Shown here: in pieces, positions 49,241-57,946 of the stretch
Layout of the letters: each line of letters starts with the position of its first letter
Position numbering within the stretch: the first letter of the stretch is position 1
From: a virus
Taxonomy: Duplodnaviria > Caudoviricetes
Direction: 5' to 3' (one strand)
IMG/VR virus record: IMGVR_UViG_3300025646_000037
Coordinates: 1,199-65,198 of that record
DNA: 64,000 bases
The notes under the pieces: generated by a model
Seen by the model: only the letters and a program-made list of their open reading frames with translations
Databases searched by the model: none
Told to the model about the DNA's origin: nothing
Made by a program: the position numbers and the translations under genes

Positions 49241-50143
49241 ATGAGAAGACAAAACTATCTTAACAACAAAGATATCCTCAAAGAAATACACAAATCTAAA
49301 AATACCTACTGTTCATATACACAACCTGAATACGCAGACTACGACATGATAGTTGCAAATGTAGGTAAAATTAATAAAACAAACGTCAAAGAAGCATTAA
49401 AATTACGTGCAGACAGGCTTGCTAAACTAGCACATGAAGCCGCACTGTTAGGTGACCCTAAAAGCAAGGTTAAACTAGACGAGTTTAAACTTAAACCTAG
49501 TAGCGTAGCTGTTACTGATTTAGTGTTTAGAGTTATGACGTTTGAACACATTCCTCTCAAAGAAGATAAAAAAGCATTACCTGAAGGGGAAACTGTAGAC
49601 GACGAGGATATTGAAGAAGAAGAGGACTACGAACCCGATCCTGCCAAACGTGCTAAAAAAGAACGTGCAAAATATGTGAAGTGTAACTTCCCACCTTTCT
49701 TTCACTATAAAGTTACAGAGGACTTAGAACCTTATGTTGTTGGTAAAAGTCACTGGCGTGGTGACTTAGAGACTGGTGAGTTTAACAAAGAGCATGGTCA
49801 AATGACTAACAAACTGGCTCATATGTTTATGAAGTTATGTGAGCGTTATGCTACTCGTAGTAACTGGCGTGGATACACATACAACGATGAGATGCGTAGC
49901 CAAGCATTGTTACAGTTAGCACAAATTGGTTTACAGTTTGATGAAAGCAAATCACAAAACCCATTTGCTTATTACACTGCCGCTATTACAAATAGTTTTA
50001 CCAGAGTATTGCACATCGAAAAGAAAATGCAGAACATACGTGATGACATTTTAGAAATGAATGACTTTACTCCTAGTTTCAGTAGACAGAACGCTGAAGC
50101 ATTTGAGCGAGAAGAAGAACGCAATAGAACTGGCAACTTTTAA
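49241..50143 (+). CDS. gp55: Late transcription sigma factor, gp55-like
   Basis: YLNNKD.L, NWRGYTYNDEM, FDESKSQNPFAYYT...NSF.R; adjacent to gp47/gp46. Confidence 0.85.
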   Translation: MRRQNYLNNKDILKEIHKSKNTYCSYTQPEYADYDMIVANVGKINKTNVKEALKLRADRLAKLAHEAALLGDPKSKVKLDEFKLKPSSVAVTDLVFRVMTFEHIPLKEDKKALPEGETVDDEDIEEEEDYEPDPAKRAKKERAKYVKCNFPPFFHYKVTEDLEPYVVGKSHWRGDLETGEFNKEHGQMTNKLAHMFMKLCERYATRSNWRGYTYNDEMRSQALLQLAQIGLQFDESKSQNPFAYYTAAITNSFTRVLHIEKKMQNIRDDILEMNDFTPSFSRQNAEAFEREEERNRTGNF

Positions 50144-50145
50144 CG

Positions 50146-50173
50146 TTGACTTTTCAACTTAAAACTGTAAAAT
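50146..50173 (+). promoter_or_regulatory. Sigma70-like promoter of gp47
   Basis: TTGACT-N16-TAAAAT, 6 nt before the ATG at 50180. Confidence 0.55.
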
Positions 50174-50179
50174 AGTACG

Positions 50180-51193
50180 ATGCCTGCATTTAAACGAGCC
50201 GCAGTATTCACGGATATCCACTTCGGACTAAAGTCAAACAGTCATTTACACAATGATGATTGTTTGGCTTTTGTCGATTGGGTAATAACCACAGCAAAAG
50301 AAAAGAACTGTGATACTTGTATAATGATGGGAGACTGGCACAATAACCGTGCTAGTATTAACATTGTTACACTTAACTACAGTCTCAGGGCCCTGGAAAA
50401 ACTAGGCAAGGCTTTTGATAGAGTCTTGTTTATCCCTGGCAATCACGACCTGTACTACAGAGACAAACGTGATATACAGTCAGCAGAATGGGCTAAACAT
50501 ATTCCCAACATTGAAATAGTCAATAACTTTTATAATGAAGATGACATTATAATTGTACCCTGGCTAGTTGGCGATGAACATAAGAAGATACCTAAAATGT
50601 CTGGCAAGTATATGTTTGGACACTTTGAGTTACCTAACTTCTTTATGAATGCAATGGTAAAGATGCCTGACCACGGTGAGATACAAGGCGAACACTTTGG
50701 TGGCATAGAGCACGTGTTTAGTGGACACTTTCACAAAAGACAAACACAGGGCAACATCACATATACAGGCAATGCGTTTCCTCACAACTATGCAGATGCA
50801 GGAGACGATGATCGTGGACTTATGATATTAGAGTGGGGCAGTCAACCAGAGTTTGTTAGTTGGCCCGATCAACCTACATATCGTGTTTACGACCTCAGTC
50901 AGATTATTGACCACGCTGACAAGATATTAAAACCTAACATGCATGTTAGAGTAAACTTGGATATTGAGATCAGTTATGAGGAAGCAAACTTTATTAAAGA
51001 CACATTCTTAGGCACACATAAACTACGTGAGATTACTCTCATGCCACGTAAGAATGAGCATGCTGAACAAGATGCTACTGCTATACAGGTAGAGTTTAAG
51101 AGCGTAGATCAAATTGTTACAAATCAAATTACTGCTATTGACAGCAATCAGTTTGACAAGAAGTTACTGTTAGACATCTACAATAATTTATAG
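50180..51193 (+). CDS. gp47: Recombination endonuclease subunit (Mre11/SbcD-like)
   Basis: DIHFG, GDWH, GNHD, GHFE, SGHFH metallophosphoesterase motifs. Confidence 0.92.
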   Translation: MPAFKRAAVFTDIHFGLKSNSHLHNDDCLAFVDWVITTAKEKNCDTCIMMGDWHNNRASINIVTLNYSLRALEKLGKAFDRVLFIPGNHDLYYRDKRDIQSAEWAKHIPNIEIVNNFYNEDDIIIVPWLVGDEHKKIPKMSGKYMFGHFELPNFFMNAMVKMPDHGEIQGEHFGGIEHVFSGHFHKRQTQGNITYTGNAFPHNYADAGDDDRGLMILEWGSQPEFVSWPDQPTYRVYDLSQIIDHADKILKPNMHVRVNLDIEISYEEANFIKDTFLGTHKLREITLMPRKNEHAEQDATAIQVEFKSVDQIVTNQITAIDSNQFDKKLLLDIYNNL

Positions 51194-51199
51194 TATAAT
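51171..51199 (+). promoter_or_regulatory. Sigma70-like promoter of gp46
   Basis: TAGACA-N17-TATAAT, 9 nt before the ATG at 51209. Confidence 0.55.
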
Positions 51200-51208
51200 A
51201 CAAAGTTA

Positions 51209-52975
51209 ATGTTCAAAGTTACTGATATAACAGTTAAAAATTTTATGAGTGTTGGAAACAGCACTCAGGGTATTCAGTTTGACAGAAACGATCTTACACT
51301 TGTACTAGGTAAAAACTTAGACTTGGGTGGTGATGATAGTGGTGCTCGTAATGGCACAGGCAAGACTACTATCATCAATGCACTAAGTTATGCATTATAT
51401 GGTGAGGCACTTACTAAGATTAGGAAAGAAAACCTAATCAATAAAACAAACGCTAAGAACATGATGGTTACCATTGAGTTTGAGAAAGATGGCAACCACT
51501 ATCGTATTGAACGTGGTCGTAAACCCAACGTATTAAAGTTTTACGTCAACGACTCCGAACAAGAAGATGACAATGCACAAGGCGATAGCAGAGAAACACA
51601 AAAAGAAATAGAACAACTACTTGGTATGAGTCACGACATGTTTAAACATGTTGTTGCCTTAAACACTTATACTGAGCCATTCCTTAGCATGCGAGCTAAT
51701 GACCAACGTTTAATGATTGAGCAGTTGTTGGGTATTACGATGCTCAGTGAAAAAGCAGACGCACTAAAAGAACAAATTAAAGAGACTAAAGACGCTGTTA
51801 AACATGAGGACTTTAGGATCAAGGCTGTTAAAGAAGCCAATGAACACGTTACTACACAAATTACAAACTTAGAACGTCGTAGTGTAATGTGGGAAACTAA
51901 AAAGCAGGAAGATATTGTTAGTTTCCAAACTGCTATTACAGAACTAGAACGGGTAGACATTGAAGCAGAACTTGAAGCGCACAAGTGTCTTGTAAACTAC
52001 AAAGAACACGAACGCAATATTAAAGACTTGGATACTGCTATCAGTGCTAATCAAAACACTATTGACTCTAGTACTAAAAAGATAGAAAAGTACACAAAAG
52101 AGCTTGAGCAACTACGAGATCATAAATGCTTTACTTGTGGGCAAGAGTTTCATGACGCAAAACAAGAACAACTTATTGTTAGCAAACAGGAAGATATAGT
52201 AGAGCTCGAAGAAGATATCGCCAACGCTGAACAAGACCTAGCAACACTACAGGAAGCACGTAAGGAACTAGGTGATCTTGAACCTTGTCCGCCTACGTTT
52301 TATGACAGCATGGATGATGCTTACAATCACAAACAGCAGGTAGAGACACTACAAACGCAGATGGTGCAAAAACAAGCAGAAGAAAATCCCTATATAGAAC
52401 AAATAGAGGATATGCGTAATACTGCTGTACAAGAAATCAATTATGATGAGGTCAATAGACTACAACGGCTACAAGAGCATCAAGACTTCTTGTTAAAACT
52501 GTTAACAAACAAAGATAGTTTTATTAGAAAAACTATTATTGATCAGAACTTGGCATACTTAAATGCCAGACTGAGCTACTACTTAGACAAGATTGGATTG
52601 CCACACCAAGTTACTTTCTTAAGTGACTTGACAGTGGACATACAAGAGCTAGGCAGAGAACTAGACTTTGATAACTTATCTCGTGGTGAGCGTAACAGAC
52701 TTATATTAAGTTTAAGTTGGGCTTTCCGTGATGTATGGGAAAGTTTATATCAGCGTATCAACGTGTTGTTTATTGACGAGGTTATTGACCACGGTATGGA
52801 CAGTTTAGGTGTTGAAAGCAGTCTAGCAATACTTAAAAAGATGGCACGTGATGGCAACAAGGCAGTTTGGTTAGTGTCGCATAAAGATGAACTTGCAGGG
52901 CGTGTTAACAATATATTAAATGTTGTTAAGGAAAACGGCTTTACAAGTTATATGAATGACGTTGATATGGCATAG
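51209..52975 (+). CDS. gp46: Recombination ATPase subunit (Rad50/SbcC-like)
   Basis: NGTGKT Walker A, CFTC zinc hook, LSRGE signature, LFIDE Walker B, SH switch. Confidence 0.92.
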   Translation: MFKVTDITVKNFMSVGNSTQGIQFDRNDLTLVLGKNLDLGGDDSGARNGTGKTTIINALSYALYGEALTKIRKENLINKTNAKNMMVTIEFEKDGNHYRIERGRKPNVLKFYVNDSEQEDDNAQGDSRETQKEIEQLLGMSHDMFKHVVALNTYTEPFLSMRANDQRLMIEQLLGITMLSEKADALKEQIKETKDAVKHEDFRIKAVKEANEHVTTQITNLERRSVMWETKKQEDIVSFQTAITELERVDIEAELEAHKCLVNYKEHERNIKDLDTAISANQNTIDSSTKKIEKYTKELEQLRDHKCFTCGQEFHDAKQEQLIVSKQEDIVELEEDIANAEQDLATLQEARKELGDLEPCPPTFYDSMDDAYNHKQQVETLQTQMVQKQAEENPYIEQIEDMRNTAVQEINYDEVNRLQRLQEHQDFLLKLLTNKDSFIRKTIIDQNLAYLNARLSYYLDKIGLPHQVTFLSDLTVDIQELGRELDFDNLSRGERNRLILSLSWAFRDVWESLYQRINVLFIDEVIDHGMDSLGVESSLAILKKMARDGNKAVWLVSHKDELAGRVNNILNVVKENGFTSYMNDVDMA

Positions 52976-53065
52976 ATGACCAAAAGACCCCATGAAAATA
53001 TTTTGGCTTACTTGGCAAGGAATAAACAATATTATAATATCACTAAAGGAAATATTAAGTAACAC

Positions 53066-53521
53066 ATGTCGTATGAGAATCCCTGGTTTTACAACGGAAA
53101 AATATTTGAATCAGACGACATAGGCGATTATTATGGCTTTGTATATCGAATAACAAACACTTCTAACGGGCATGATTATATAGGCAGGAAGTTCTTCCAC
53201 ACCATTAAGAAACGACCTCCTTTAAAAGGCAAGAAAAATAAAAGACACACAAAAGTAGAGACTGATTGGAAGACCTACTGGGGATCCAGTCAGCAACTAC
53301 TCGAAGACATAGACACACTAGGCAAAGAAAAATTCACACGGCAAATAATCAGGCTCTGTAACACTCGAGGCGAAACAAACTATTGTGAGGCATATTATCA
53401 GTTCATTGAAGGTGTACTATTAAAAGACAACAACTATAATGGTATTATCAATATAAGACTTGGTGGTAACTCAGTAAAAGGTCTTCTGCTCGAGGACTTA
53501 AACACAAAAACTAAAATTTAA
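53066..53521 (+). CDS. Minimal GIY-YIG family nuclease
   Basis: GFVYRITN..NG..YIGRK, YWGSS, NYCE, YNG; no C-terminal NUMOD/HTH domain visible. Confidence 0.8.
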   Translation: MSYENPWFYNGKIFESDDIGDYYGFVYRITNTSNGHDYIGRKFFHTIKKRPPLKGKKNKRHTKVETDWKTYWGSSQQLLEDIDTLGKEKFTRQIIRLCNTRGETNYCEAYYQFIEGVLLKDNNYNGIINIRLGGNSVKGLLLEDLNTKTKI

Positions 53522-53523
53522 TT

Positions 53524-53865
53524 CATCAGCCACTGATGCAGAGTGTTCTCTGTGTCCTATGAGGTGATTGCGGCAACGCATGGAACACGCAAGAATAGAC
53601 TTGCGGACGGGACGGCAAAAAGGCATTTAAGTGTAAAAACTAAATGATCTAGGCTCTGTGAAAAAGATACAACCTAGGAGTCACTGTGAGTTGGCTAATT
53701 ACGGCTCATATACTTCCGTTGCATGAAGCTAGAGTAAGGGGTACCGGGCAACCGCCTCTGTTCTGTAAAGAAATCTCTTGTAATTAGGATGGACTAAACT
53801 CGGATGATGTCTATTTTTCTCCTAGCAATAGGAGAAGTATGGCTCACATCTGGATGATATCGAAA
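53524..53865 (+). ncRNA. Candidate large structured non-coding RNA (unassigned family)
   Basis: Visibly GC-richer intergenic region with about 10 hairpins, four capped by GNRA tetraloops on the + strand, G-U wobble stems and an 8-bp loop-distal complement. Confidence 0.65.
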
Positions 53866-53911
53866 AACAAATAATAAAAAAGATTGTTTGAACGAAGTGA
53901 AAACAATAGAC

Positions 53912-54598
53912 TTACGTAGTAAGTCTCCTAAGTAACCGATGATTATGTGTATAATTGCTATTAGCAGGAACTGAATCAAATACAACAGCACCAGTCCATA
54001 ACTTTGCGTTTTCGTGAATGGTGATATCTCTGGCATGTCCTTCGGAAATAGTGACACTGAGTCCGATTCTGACATTATCCTCGACAGTTATACCACCTGC
54101 TAGTGTTGATCTAGCACCTACAATTACATTCTTTCCGATTGTGCATCCATGTCCTATGTAGGTATACCAATCTACAACTGAGTAATCTCCTACTCGGCAA
54201 AAATGACTAATACCTGAGAAAGGCATTGCTATAATGCCATGACCTAGCTCTGTGTTGTCTAACTGTTTGCAGTCTGGGTGCATAAGATTAGTACACTTGA
54301 TACCATTATCCTCTAATAGTTTAATGCGAGTTTTACGTAGATTATCGCCTGAGTGTTCTGGATTGTTTAAATTTTCGTTACCGTCCCACCAGGACGTTAA
54401 AAAGAAATCATGGTCTTCTACAAATGTACGATCTTCTAGTATGCTATCTGCGCCTATTATAGGAACTCCGCAGACTTCGTTGGTATTTCCGTAAAAATAC
54501 TTGTCTACTAGTCCTACTACATTACGTCCTAGGTCATTTGCTACCAGCAATACATCGTACAAGTTTCGTCTATGTCCTACAAATACTATTGGTTTCAT
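53912..54598 (-). CDS. Sugar acetyltransferase, NeuD/PglD-like (hexapeptide repeat)
   Basis: VGLVD...VCGVPIIG Rossmann-like N-domain, NLMHP, left-handed beta-helix repeats (IGHGCTIGKNVIVG); true start probably ATG 54598 (MKPIVFVG) rather than 54649. Confidence 0.8.
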   Translation of the reverse strand: MKPIVFVGHRRNLYDVLLVANDLGRNVVGLVDKYFYGNTNEVCGVPIIGADSILEDRTFVEDHDFFLTSWWDGNENLNNPEHSGDNLRKTRIKLLEDNGIKCTNLMHPDCKQLDNTELGHGIIAMPFSGISHFCRVGDYSVVDWYTYIGHGCTIGKNVIVGARSTLAGGITVEDNVRIGLSVTISEGHARDITIHENAKLWTGAVVFDSVPANSNYTHNHRLLRRLTT

Positions 54599-54599
54599 A

Positions 54600-54818
54600 T
54601 TAAAAGAATGGCATCTTAGATTTTTTAGTTGTTTCGAGATTGTCTGCAATTATTTCGTTTACTATACCGCGTTCCTGTATACTCAGGTTGAATGCTTCTT
54701 CATAGGTGAGCCCGCCCCGCATATACCAGCACATTTTCAGTAGATCCTTTTTAATGGCTTTTGATTCTTTATCTAAACTGTTTAGATATTCTACTATTTC
54801 TTCAACTTTAAATGTCAA
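54600..54818 (-). CDS. Baseplate hub assembly protein, gp51-like
   Basis: CWYMRGGLTYEEAFNLS..ER; directly downstream of the gp26-like gene; start codon uncertain. Confidence 0.6.
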   Translation of the reverse strand: MTFKVEEIVEYLNSLDKESKAIKKDLLKMCWYMRGGLTYEEAFNLSIQERGIVNEIIADNLETTKKSKMPFF

Positions 54819-54823
54819 AAGCC

Positions 54824-55648
54824 TTATTCGAAAAAAGTAGCATAATCGAATTCAATTGGTAACGTATACGCATGTTTGCAACTATCACACTCAACGTTGT
54901 TATCAGGTAACTTACCTTGTTTGCCTACGTCTTTAATGAATTCTTCTACTCTTTGCCAAACTTTTTTAGGCACGTTGTCTAGCAATTCTGCTATAAACTT
55001 TGGATCAGTGACCTCGCCATCGGATGTCAAAACTGATTTAACATGTGATGCAACAGATGCTAAGTTAATCGATGTAAGGTCCTTGAATATAGCATTAAAC
55101 TGTCTAACTTTTTCATCTTGTGACATATTGCTATCATTTACTGTGTTTAGCAGACGTTGCTCCTGGTACATGCGCATACCAGCATCATTGGTTTCCTTGT
55201 AAGTCTGTGGCTTAAGATAAATTTCTATCTCGCCTAGATGCAACGGCTGTTCGAAGTTAGGAGCTTGTATCTTGTCTATCACATCTGGCAAGTACATCTC
55301 ATAGGAACTTGTCTCACTACACTTAGGACAAGAAGAATCAAATGACATATTTTCACCATAACTAGCAATCCTAATAGCAATAAGTAGGAAATCACTATCC
55401 ATAGCAGGCATGCGCCAAGGGTCTTTAATTTGTGGTATACAACTTTTTAAAACATCAACAACTGCTTGTCCATTAAGCAAAGCGTCTGGCGTTTTTAATG
55501 TGAGCTCGTCTCTAGCAGTCATAGGATATACAGCTAGTTGTCCGTTTTCGTTAAGTTCTAGAGTGCCTGGTGGCCAGTATCTGCCCCTACTAGGCAGTTC
55601 TACGTACAAGGCTGGTTGTCTAAAGAACTTAGATAATGGATTTGACAT
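54824..55648 (-). CDS. gp26: Baseplate hub subunit, gp26-like
   Basis: LPSRG, MTARDE, D.DFLLIAIRIASYGE, CPKC and C-terminal CDSC zinc ligands. Confidence 0.8.
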   Translation of the reverse strand: MSNPLSKFFRQPALYVELPSRGRYWPPGTLELNENGQLAVYPMTARDELTLKTPDALLNGQAVVDVLKSCIPQIKDPWRMPAMDSDFLLIAIRIASYGENMSFDSSCPKCSETSSYEMYLPDVIDKIQAPNFEQPLHLGEIEIYLKPQTYKETNDAGMRMYQEQRLLNTVNDSNMSQDEKVRQFNAIFKDLTSINLASVASHVKSVLTSDGEVTDPKFIAELLDNVPKKVWQRVEEFIKDVGKQGKLPDNNVECDSCKHAYTLPIEFDYATFFE

Positions 55649-55662
55649 GCATTTTTTCCTCG

Positions 55663-55681
55663 ATAAATAATATTATATTTA
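55663..55681. promoter_or_regulatory. Divergent late promoter pair
   Basis: ATAAATA on + (55663-55669) and TAAATA on - (55676-55681) between divergent genes. Confidence 0.6.
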
Positions 55682-55695
55682 ATAGTTGAAAAACC

Positions 55696-57894
55696 ATGGA
55701 TCCAGAATTACTACGTAGGCTACAAGAAATTGTAAACCAATTTGCCCAAAGCGGTAACAGCGCCGCTATGACATCTGAGCAATTATCTCAGGCGCTTAGA
55801 ATCTTAGCCAGTCAAGTAATGTCCACGTCAAAGGATCTAGGAGGAGCTGGTAATGCTCTTGCATCTTTAACGCCAAAAGCATCACTGGCAGGACAAGTAG
55901 TAAATGCTTTTGCTCAGGCTATTAGGGGTTATATAGGCGTACAAGCACGACTAACCAAGAGTGTTATTGATTTTCAGACATCAGTATATGACTCTGAAGG
56001 TGCATTAAACAATCTATCAAAAGGTCTAGACGCACAGTACGAATACATGACGGATCTTGCGACAAGCACCGTAGGACCGTTCCAAAGTTTACTTAAAGAA
56101 ATACCTGGTATAGGTGACTTTATTGGCGTAGGCGCTGAAGCACTCCAGCAAACAATTAGCGTAATACAATCAGCCAATCAACGAAGTATGAAGGTACTGA
56201 CAGATTCATTTAGTGCAATGCAAAGTCTCAACGGACAGTTTGGTACACTAACTCTTAACTTGGAGGAATTCAGCGGTAGGGCTGCCAACGCAGGCTTGAC
56301 TAGTGATCAGTTCAGTAGGATGCTAGGTAGTAATGCGGCTACTCTAAGCAAAACATTTGGCGGAAACCAAGCGGCTGCATCAGCTCTTAGTGAGCAGTTT
56401 GCTTATTTAAAAGACACTGGAAAGGATGTAAGATCACAGTTTGTTGCTATGGGTCTTAGTAATGATGACATGGCGGAAGCTATGTCGGAATTCGCGTTTC
56501 AACAAAGGCTGATAACCGGCAAAACGACATTGGATAACATGAACTTGGCACAAAGTACACTATCCTACCAAAAGAATTTATCAGCTATTGCGGCAATTAC
56601 AGGACAAAATGTAAAAGAACAACAAGCACAACGTAGAGACTTACTAAACCAAGCAAATTTTGCAGCCAAAATAGATCAACTTAAAGCAGAAGGCAGGGAA
56701 GACGAAGCACGAGCTCTGACGGAAGCGGTTACTGCGGCGTCAGCTTTTGGAGAAGGCGCTAAGAAGGTTGCTATTGAACAGGCACTCTTCGGACAAGTGG
56801 TCAGTAAAGAAGCAAATATAATAGCAATGACTCAGTCAGAGATCACTAAGGCAACTGCTGAAAATATTGCGGCGACAAAAGGCTTTACTGGCACACAAGA
56901 AGAAGCAATAGCCAAGTTCGCGAAAACATATGACGATGCAGGTGCAGGCATAGCTGAAGAAAGAAAAAATATGTCTGGCCTTACGCAGATGTCTCAATTC
57001 ATACAAGGCGATTTTGGTGCGGCATTGCAAGCCAGCTATACTGATACAAGGGACCACATAAACAGGTTAGGTACATTAGCAGACACCTTTAACGGAAGCA
57101 TAGAACAGGCTAATACGGCTGTGAGTGGCATGGCGAGTACTATCGCTGAAGAAGATCGTCGCCAACAAGCAATGAGAGTAACCACAGAGCAAAGAGGAAT
57201 GGATTTAGGACCAACTACCTTAGCTGTGGCTAGTGCATTCCAGACAATGACTGAAGATATAGATAAGTCTAGACAAGACCTTATTAGCGGCTTCACTACT
57301 CTTACAAATGATCTTGTGGCGCAGGGCGGAAAATTAACTCCAGAAGCAATATTTGAAATGCTTATGGGGGATCCAGCCGCAGAGGCAAGAAAAAAACAGG
57401 CTAACGAACAAGCCGCACAATCGTATGATAAGCGAGAACAACAGAGAGTAGACGACGTTAAAGACAAAACTAGCTCGAGTACCGGGGAATTTATTACTGA
57501 TTACTTCCAGTCAGGAAATTTTGCTACAGGGAAAATTGTAGGAGATGTACTAGAAGTTAGAGAAATAAAAGAACAAAATCAAGCCGCAAAATCGTATAGT
57601 CTGGGCGGTATAGCCAAAGGACCAGATACAGGTTATAGAGCCATGTTACATGGTACAGAGGCTGTGGTGCCATTACCAGATGGTAAGACAATACCTGTAG
57701 ACTTTGATGTGGACAAATTGAATGCCTCATTAAGTTCAGCAATGGCAGGTGTATTAGCAAACAACAAGTCTGGTTCTACTGATGAATCAGTAACAAGATT
57801 ACTTGAACAAAGTGTAAATTTAAACTCACAAATACTAGATACTCTCAAACAGGGCAATAAGACAACCAATAAAATGGTTAGAGTGATGAGTTAA
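55696..57894 (+). CDS. Tape-measure-like protein
   Basis: 732 aa, Ala/Gln-rich helical composition; C-terminal GGIAKGP..GY...LHGTEAVVPL. Confidence 0.6.
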   Translation: MDPELLRRLQEIVNQFAQSGNSAAMTSEQLSQALRILASQVMSTSKDLGGAGNALASLTPKASLAGQVVNAFAQAIRGYIGVQARLTKSVIDFQTSVYDSEGALNNLSKGLDAQYEYMTDLATSTVGPFQSLLKEIPGIGDFIGVGAEALQQTISVIQSANQRSMKVLTDSFSAMQSLNGQFGTLTLNLEEFSGRAANAGLTSDQFSRMLGSNAATLSKTFGGNQAAASALSEQFAYLKDTGKDVRSQFVAMGLSNDDMAEAMSEFAFQQRLITGKTTLDNMNLAQSTLSYQKNLSAIAAITGQNVKEQQAQRRDLLNQANFAAKIDQLKAEGREDEARALTEAVTAASAFGEGAKKVAIEQALFGQVVSKEANIIAMTQSEITKATAENIAATKGFTGTQEEAIAKFAKTYDDAGAGIAEERKNMSGLTQMSQFIQGDFGAALQASYTDTRDHINRLGTLADTFNGSIEQANTAVSGMASTIAEEDRRQQAMRVTTEQRGMDLGPTTLAVASAFQTMTEDIDKSRQDLISGFTTLTNDLVAQGGKLTPEAIFEMLMGDPAAEARKKQANEQAAQSYDKREQQRVDDVKDKTSSSTGEFITDYFQSGNFATGKIVGDVLEVREIKEQNQAAKSYSLGGIAKGPDTGYRAMLHGTEAVVPLPDGKTIPVDFDVDKLNASLSSAMAGVLANNKSGSTDESVTRLLEQSVNLNSQILDTLKQGNKTTNKMVRVMS

Positions 57895-57899
57895 TTCGC

Positions 57900-57928
57900 T
57901 TGACACGAGCTCTAACTAAATATACAAT
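57900..57928 (+). promoter_or_regulatory. Overlapping sigma70-like and late promoters of the head operon
   Basis: TTGACA-N17-TACAAT with TAAATA (57917-57922) inside the spacer. Confidence 0.6.
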
Positions 57929-57946
57929 ACAAAAAAAGATTATCTA

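Noticed and set aside
53789-53861. CRISPR mini-array
   Set aside because: Only two short imperfect units with 9-nt variable parts, and no cas genes in the window
53524-53865. Group I intron carrying the GIY-YIG as its homing endonuclease, or a group II intron, RNase P RNA or tmRNA
   Set aside because: No interrupted gene (gp46 is complete and the downstream gene is convergent). GGACTA has no TAGTC partner for P7, and I see no group II domain V, RNase P or tmRNA terminal motifs. An Infernal scan is needed to exclude these formally
53794-54075. 93-aa minus-strand ORF covering part of the structured region
   Set aside because: Overlaps the acetyltransferase out of frame, has no motif, and crosses an A-tract and hairpins; probably spurious
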